A DNA stretch of 64,000 nucleotides. Origin: an uncultured Gemmatimonadales bacterium. Lineage in GTDB: Bacteria > Gemmatimonadota > Gemmatimonadetes > Gemmatimonadales > GWC2-71-9. Every line of letters starts with the position of its first letter. The stretch's first letter is position 1. Positions 58,404-64,000 of the stretch are shown here, piece after piece. A program made the position numbers and the translations under genes. Below the pieces are notes generated by a model, which was not told the origin of the DNA, searched no databases, and worked only from the letters and a program-made list of their open reading frames with translations. The stretch is taken from assembly GCA_963771275.1 (NCBI GenBank), contig CAVYSW010000003.1:1408001-1472000 (forward strand), read 5' to 3'.

Positions 58404-59102
58404 CTACTCGTCCTTGAGCCGGTACCCCACGCCCGGCTCGGTGGTGAGGTAGCTGGGCCGGGCCGGATCGGCCTCGAGCTTGTGACGGAGCTGGGCCATG
58501 TAGACCCGCAGGTAGTGCGTTTGCGTCGGAGCGGTGAGCCCCCACACCTCCTTGAGGAGTTGACGGTGGGTCACCACCCGTCCCGCGAAGCGCACCAGCA
58601 TGGCGAGCAGCTTGTATTCCGTCGGCGTGAGGTGCACCGGGGCATCGCGCACCGCGACCTCGCGTCGCACGAGATCGATGTGCAGGTCGCCCACCGCAAA
58701 CACCGGCTGGTCCGCGCCGTCCGCGGCGCGCCGGGCGTGGCGCAGAGCCACCCGCACCCGCGCCAGCAGCTCGCCCACGCTGAACGGCTTGGTGAGGTAG
58801 TCGTCGGCGCCGAGATCGAGCGCCGCGATCTTGTCCTGCTCGCGCCCGCGGGCCGAAATCACGATGATCGGCACGGGCGACCACTCCCGCAGCCGCCGAA
58901 TCACCTCGAGCCCGTCGGTGTCGGGAAGGCCCAGGTCGAGCAGGACGACGTCGGGCCGGCGGCCCGCCGCCTGGGCGAGGCCCACACGCGCGGTTTCCGC
59001 CTCGACGAGGTCGTAGTCCTGCGCGCCGAGGCCGGCGCGCAGAAACCGCCGCATCTGGGGCTCGTCCTCGATCAGCAGGATGACGGCGGCTGCCGTGGTC
59101 AT
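58404..59102 (-). CDS. kdpE: KdpE response regulator
   Basis: IEDE, LDLGLPD, GADDYLTKPF, HYLRVYMAQLRHKLEADPARP. Confidence 0.95.
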   Translation of the reverse strand: MTTAAAVILLIEDEPQMRRFLRAGLGAQDYDLVEAETARVGLAQAAGRRPDVVLLDLGLPDTDGLEVIRRLREWSPVPIIVISARGREQDKIAALDLGADDYLTKPFSVGELLARVRVALRHARRAADGADQPVFAVGDLHIDLVRREVAVRDAPVHLTPTEYKLLAMLVRFAGRVVTHRQLLKEVWGLTAPTQTHYLRVYMAQLRHKLEADPARPSYLTTEPGVGYRLKDE

Positions 59103-61813
59103 GTGGTTGTCGGCGTCCGGTGGACTGCCTCCGCGTCTTCGGCGGGCGGCAGTGATGGTGCCGGCCCTTCGATCGGCAACGAAAAGCGGAACCGCGCGCC
59201 GCCGCCCGGCCGCGGCTCCACCCAGATGCGGCCGCCGTGCGCGGTGACGATCCCGCGACAGATGGCGAGGCCGAGCCCGGCGCCGCCCGGGGCGGCGCGG
59301 TCGGCGAGCCGTGCGAACTTCTGGAACACACGCTCCTCCTCGCCCCGGGGGATCCCCGGGCCGCGGTCCGCGACCTCGACGACGACCGCGCCGTCGCCCA
59401 GCTCCGCGTCGATGTCGATCGGCCCGCCCGGCGGCGTGTACTTCGTCGCGTTGTCGAGCAGGTTGATCAGCACCTGCTCGATCAGCAGCCCGTCGATCGG
59501 CACGAGGGGAAGATCGCCCGGCAGATGGGTATGAATCGCGCGTCCCGCGAGCTGCGTGTCGAGCCGGAGCAGCGCGATGCCGACGACTTCCTCGAGCGGC
59601 TGCCACTCCTTGCGGACCTCCACCAGGCCGGACTCGACCTTGACCATCTCGAGCAGGTTGCCGATCAGGCGGCCCATGCGGCGCGATTCGCCCAGCACGG
59701 AAGCCAGCAGTTCGCGCCGGGCTGCCGCGTCGATCGCGGCGCCGCTGTCGAGCAGGGTAGACGCCGCACCCTCGATGGCGCCGAGCGGGGTGCGCAGGTC
59801 GTGCGACAGCGAGCTGAGCAGCGCCGTACGCAGGCGCTCAGCCTCGATCTCGAGTCGCGCGCGTTCCGAGCGGCGCACCAGATCGGCCCGCTCGAGCGCC
59901 ACGCCGGCCTGGCCGGCGATCGCCTCGAGCAGCTGGCGCTCGATCGGATCGCGCGCGCGCCGCGGATCGCGCACCACCACCCGCAAGACCCCGACCGCCC
60001 GGTTCGAGGCCGTCAGCGGGAGGTAAAGCGCGTCCGCCCCAGGCAGCGTGTCGGTGCCGGTCCCCGCGGGCTGCTGGTGCCCCAGGACCCAGCGCGCGAC
60101 ACCCAGCGCCGCCTCGCTCAACGCGCCGTCGTTCGCGGCGGCCGCCGGCTCGAGGTCGCCGTGCTCGTCGGGCAGGAGCACGGTCCCCGGCGTCCCGAAC
60201 GTCTCCCGCACCTGCGTGGAGAGGGCCAGCGCCAGCTCCTGCGCATCGCGCGCCGCGGCGAGCCGGCGGCTCAGCGCGTACAGCGCCGCCGTGTGTTGCT
60301 CGCGCTCCCGCGCCGCGTCGGCCTGGCCCCGGATGCGTGCAGCGAGGCGGCTGATCAGCAGCGCCACGACGAGCATCACGACGAACGTGAATAGATAGCC
60401 TGCGTGGGCGACGGCGAACGTGTAGTACGGCGGCACGAAGCAGAAGTCGAACACGGCGATGCCGAGCACGGACGCGAGCACCGAGGGGCGGGTGCCGTAG
60501 CGTGCGGCCGCGATCATCACGGCGAGCAGGAACAGCATCGCGATATCGGTCGTGCTCACCCAGGCGCGCACCGCGAGACCGATGGCCGCCGCGGCTGCCA
60601 CGACGCCCGAGGCACCGAGGTAGGCCCGCGTCGAGAACGGCGGGCGCTCACGGCGCACGGGCATGCGCTCCTCCACCTCGCCCGTGATCACGTACACATC
60701 GATCTCGCGGCTGCCACGAATCAGCTTGTCCAGCAGCGACCCGGTCAGCCGGTCGCGCCAGTGCGGGTGCGTCGGCTTGCCGGCGATGATCCGGGTAACG
60801 TTCTGGCCGCGGGCGTAGGCGAGAATCTCCGGCACCACGTCGTCCGCGCTGAGTGTCACGGTCCGTGCGCCGAGCTGCTCCGCGAGGCGGAGGTTCACCG
60901 TCAGGGCGTCGCGGTCGGTGGTGGAGAGCCGCTGCCGGCTGGACTGGACGTGGAGCACCACCCAGTCGGCGTGCAGCGCCGCCGCGATGCGGCGGCCCGC
61001 GCGGATCAGGCGGGCCGAGGCCGGGTTGGGGCCGATGCAGACCAGAATCCGTTCGCCGGCGGGCCAGGTGCGCTCGATCCCGTGGGCTTCGCGGTAGCCG
61101 CGCATCTGCGCTTCCACCCGCTCTGCCGTGCGGCGGAGGGCGAGTTCGCGCAGCGCGATGAGGTTGCCCTTGCGGAAGAACTGCTCCAGCGCGCGCGCCG
61201 CCTGCTCGGGGACGTAGACCTTCCCGTCGCGCAGGCGCTCGATCAGCACCTCGGCCGAGATGTCGACCAGCTCCACTTCATCGGCCCGCTCGAACACGGC
61301 GTCGGGAATGGTTTCCCGCACCACGACGCCCGTGATCTGAGCCACGACGTCGTTGAGGCTCTCGATGTGCTGGACGTTGAGCGTGGTCGAGACGCTGATC
61401 CCGGCGGCCAGCAGCTCTTCCACGTCCTGCCACCGCTTGGTGTGGCGCGAGCCGGGCGCGTTAGTGTGCGCCAGCTCGTCCACCAGGATCAGGCCCGGCC
61501 GGCGGGCCAGCGCCGCGTCGAGATCGAATTCCTGCAAGGTGGTGCCGCGATACTCGACGCTCCGGCGCGGAAGCACCTCCAGGCCGTCGAGCAGCCGCCC
61601 GGTTTCGGGGCGGCCGTGAGTCTCCACCACGCCGGCCACCACGTCCACGCCCTCAGCCCGGGAGGCGCGCGCGGCCTCGAGCATGGTATACGTCTTCCCC
61701 ACGCCCGGAGCCGCGCCGAAGAACAGCTTGAGGCGGCCACGGCGCGCCTGGGTCTCCTCTTCCGCCGCTCGCGCCAGGAGGGCGTCGGGATCCGGTCGCT
61801 CGGGCGCCGTCAT
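59099..61813 (-). CDS. kdpD: KdpD sensor histidine kinase
   Basis: GAAPGVGKTYTML, VDELAHTN, USP domain, four TM, GAF, SHDLRTPL, GLGL. Confidence 0.97.
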   Translation of the reverse strand: MTAPERPDPDALLARAAEEETQARRGRLKLFFGAAPGVGKTYTMLEAARASRAEGVDVVAGVVETHGRPETGRLLDGLEVLPRRSVEYRGTTLQEFDLDAALARRPGLILVDELAHTNAPGSRHTKRWQDVEELLAAGISVSTTLNVQHIESLNDVVAQITGVVVRETIPDAVFERADEVELVDISAEVLIERLRDGKVYVPEQAARALEQFFRKGNLIALRELALRRTAERVEAQMRGYREAHGIERTWPAGERILVCIGPNPASARLIRAGRRIAAALHADWVVLHVQSSRQRLSTTDRDALTVNLRLAEQLGARTVTLSADDVVPEILAYARGQNVTRIIAGKPTHPHWRDRLTGSLLDKLIRGSREIDVYVITGEVEERMPVRRERPPFSTRAYLGASGVVAAAAAIGLAVRAWVSTTDIAMLFLLAVMIAAARYGTRPSVLASVLGIAVFDFCFVPPYYTFAVAHAGYLFTFVVMLVVALLISRLAARIRGQADAAREREQHTAALYALSRRLAAARDAQELALALSTQVRETFGTPGTVLLPDEHGDLEPAAAANDGALSEAALGVARWVLGHQQPAGTGTDTLPGADALYLPLTASNRAVGVLRVVVRDPRRARDPIERQLLEAIAGQAGVALERADLVRRSERARLEIEAERLRTALLSSLSHDLRTPLGAIEGAASTLLDSGAAIDAAARRELLASVLGESRRMGRLIGNLLEMVKVESGLVEVRKEWQPLEEVVGIALLRLDTQLAGRAIHTHLPGDLPLVPIDGLLIEQVLINLLDNATKYTPPGGPIDIDAELGDGAVVVEVADRGPGIPRGEEERVFQKFARLADRAAPGGAGLGLAICRGIVTAHGGRIWVEPRPGGGARFRFSLPIEGPAPSLPPAEDAEAVHRTPTTT

Positions 61814-61932
61814 GGCATCCAAGCTAGCGGCGCAGCGGTGCCAACGACAGCAATCCCGAGGACCGGCCGGGCGCGCTCTCACCCCCCGTCCGGCAATCGG
61901 GAGCCGGCGCGGCGGCTGCGGCGCCGGCGCTC

Positions 61933-62200
61933 GTGGCGCCCGCCGAGCCGGCGGAACCGAAGCGCTCGGACGAGCCGCATATCGAGACGCTCCGCTGCTC
62001 GACCTGCAACGAGTGCACCGAGGTCAACGACCGGACGTTCAAGTACAACCAGGACAAGCAGGCGTCCATGGCGGACCTGAAGGCCGGGACGTACGCGCAG
62101 ATGGTCCAGGCGGCCGAAAGCTGCCAGGTGGCGGTGATCCATCCCGGCAAGCCGTGGAACCCAGACGAGCCCAGGCTGGAGGCACTGCCGCCGCCCGTCG
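61933..62200 (+). pseudogene. Orphan 4Fe-4S ferredoxin-domain fragment
   Basis: IETLRCSTCNEC...AAESCQVAVIHPGKP; no RBS and no stop before running antisense into the porin. Confidence 0.7.
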
Positions 62201-62205
62201 AGGCG

Positions 62206-63318
62206 CTAGAGCGTCAGCGCGAGCGAAGTGACCGCGACGCCGCTATTGCGGGAAAAGCCACCGTCCCGAGTGGGGTAGATATCCCCGTCGCCCCGGAAGC
62301 CACGCAACTCCGTCCGCCACAGGAAGCCCTTCGGCAGGGTGACGTCGAATCCCACCGAAGCGCCGGTCGTCTCGAACGCGGCGGTGCCCAGACTCGGCAC
62401 GATGACCCCGTCGGGATCGGCATACCGCTCCACCCGCGCGCTGAGCGCCACGGCGCCCGTCACGGGGACGCGACCGATCACCGCGAGCCCGTACCACGTC
62501 GAGGCGTCCGCCCCCGGAACGCTCTGGGTGCCGAGATCGAACGTGAGCCACACGGCGGCGCCGTCCGTCCGCCCGAGGCGCGCGAACACCTGGTTGAACA
62601 CGCGCAGCCGGTTGGGCAGGGAGTCGGGTTGCTCGTCGCCGATGAAGTTGCTGTAGCCGAGCAACACCCTCCCGGAAGGCGCGTACTCGACGCGCAGGCC
62701 TGCGGCCTTGCCCTCGTTCGTTTCCGAGATGTTCTGCCAACCGTTCACGAAATGCAGATGCAGGGTGACGGCGGCGCTGACCTGCCACACGGCGCGCACG
62801 CCGGCCGAGTAGTACGGCGTGTAGTCCGCGATGAGCGAGCGGGTGTATGTGGGATTGTCACGCGAGATCCACGACTCCTGCCCGATGTGTGAGAAGAAGA
62901 TGCCCGCGTCCACCCAGAGCGGCGTGGCCACGCGCAGGCCCACGTATGCCTCCTGGAGCAAGCGACTCAGATCGGGCCCGCTCACGCTGCCGATCCGCGG
63001 CTCAGCCGCGTAGTTCGACTGGACCGACGTCCCGGCCTGAAGCGCCAGGCGCCCGCGCACGCTCGTCCGCTCGAGCCGGGCTTCGACGAACGCCAGGTTC
63101 ACGTTGAACTCGGAATGGCGGGCGGGCTGCGTCGTGTATACACGGTCCAGGGACGGCGGCCGGGAGAAATCCCACGCGTAGTACGTGTCCACGAACGCCG
63201 CCACGTGCACGCCCTCGGGCAAACCCTGGGCGATGAGTGGGGTCCACGCGGGAGTCGCGAGCAGAAGGACCAGGAACGGCATGCCCAGACCGGGCAGGCG
63301 CCGGGCTTCGGTGTGCAC
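62206..63318 (-). CDS. Outer-membrane beta-barrel porin (BBP2-like), kdp-associated
   Basis: DTYYAWDF, QEAYVG, SHIGQE, TPYYSAG, NGWQNI; signal peptide. Confidence 0.85.
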   Translation of the reverse strand: MHTEARRLPGLGMPFLVLLLATPAWTPLIAQGLPEGVHVAAFVDTYYAWDFSRPPSLDRVYTTQPARHSEFNVNLAFVEARLERTSVRGRLALQAGTSVQSNYAAEPRIGSVSGPDLSRLLQEAYVGLRVATPLWVDAGIFFSHIGQESWISRDNPTYTRSLIADYTPYYSAGVRAVWQVSAAVTLHLHFVNGWQNISETNEGKAAGLRVEYAPSGRVLLGYSNFIGDEQPDSLPNRLRVFNQVFARLGRTDGAAVWLTFDLGTQSVPGADASTWYGLAVIGRVPVTGAVALSARVERYADPDGVIVPSLGTAAFETTGASVGFDVTLPKGFLWRTELRGFRGDGDIYPTRDGGFSRNSGVAVTSLALTL

Positions 63319-63371
63319 AAAACACCTCTCTTGGTGAGGATCAGTTGGATTCGTGAGAAGTCAGTTGGGGG

Positions 63372-63956
63372 TCATTGCCGCGACAGGGGCGCGAGACTAT
63401 CCAGCGCCAGATTGAGCAGCAGCACGTTGACCCGCGGCTCACCGATGAGCCCGAGCGTGCGGCCCTCCGTGTGCCGGTCCACCAGCGACTGGATCTCGTC
63501 CACGGTCCGGCCGCGAGCCCGTGCTACCCGCCCCACCTGGTACGCGGCGGCGGCGGGGGAGATGTGGGGATCGAGACCGCTCCCGGACGCGGTCACGAGG
63601 TCCACCGGCACCGGCCGGGTCTGCGCGGGGTCCGCGGCGCGGAGGGCCGCAACGCGTTGCGCGATCGCTTCCGCGAGCGCCGGATTGGTCGGCCCCAGGT
63701 TGGAGCCGCTGGACGCCGCCGCGTTGTAGGGCACCGGGCCGGTCGCCGACGGCCGGCTCCAGAAGTACGCCGGATCGGAGAACGGCTGGCCGATCAAGTC
63801 GCTTCCCACCACGCGGCCGTCGTGGACGATCAGGCTGCCGTTGGCCTGGCGGGGAAACAGGAGCTGCGCCACGCCCGTGGTGACGGCGGGATAGACCAAG
63901 CCGGTGAGGATGGTGAAGAGCGCCAGCAGGACGAGCGCGGGACGGAGATGAGACAT
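63372..63956 (-). CDS. kdpC: K+-transporting ATPase subunit C
   Basis: [42 protein letters not shown]. Confidence 0.97.
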   Translation of the reverse strand: MSHLRPALVLLALFTILTGLVYPAVTTGVAQLLFPRQANGSLIVHDGRVVGSDLIGQPFSDPAYFWSRPSATGPVPYNAAASSGSNLGPTNPALAEAIAQRVAALRAADPAQTRPVPVDLVTASGSGLDPHISPAAAAYQVGRVARARGRTVDEIQSLVDRHTEGRTLGLIGEPRVNVLLLNLALDSLAPLSRQ

Positions 63957-64000
63957 CAGACGGCATCCTCTCTTGGTCGGACCGCCGGGACGAGGCGCAC
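63956..64000 (-). CDS. kdpB: Probable 3' end of kdpB (partial)
   Basis: [18 protein letters not shown] with TGATG overlap to kdpC; identity inferred from operon order only. Confidence 0.5.
   Translation of the reverse strand: MRLVPAVRPREDAV

Noticed and set aside
61933..62892. 319-aa ferredoxin fusion protein
   Set aside because: After about residue 85 it is only the antisense of the porin gene.

Overview
High-GC bacterial window, most consistent with Gemmatimonadota (inferred from gene content: membrane Ser/Thr kinase-TPR, many exported peptidases, Uma2). The backbone is peptide-scavenging and transport genes: four S9 peptidases, M28, M14 and S10 peptidases, an EmrAB-TolC pump, a BNR-repeat protein, and the distal kdp operon (kdpB end, kdpC, porin, kdpD, kdpE). 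Accessory DNA is interleaved. (i) A rearranged 32.7-47.5 kb zone contains a degenerate duplication of [DUF4160/DUF2442 TA - hairpin - ornithine cyclodeaminase - AraC promoter - variable cargo - lipoprotein - AAA/DUF4143 ATPase]; in copy 1 both flanking modules are collapsed to ends-only remnants. (ii) A PafA-type phosphatase gene is bracketed exactly by a perfect 53-bp direct repeat of the tolC 3' end. (iii) A lower-GC M15 peptidoglycan-peptidase / HEAT-repeat pair looks like a swappable effector-immunity cassette. (iv) An NPP1/Vps62-like lipoprotein lies behind a poly-C tract. (v) There are two VapBC pairs. No rRNA, tRNA, CRISPR array, integrase or transposase was seen. Several single-base frameshifts between 34.9 and 55.3 kb may be sequencing errors. 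All family calls come from motif recognition by eye; no searches were run.
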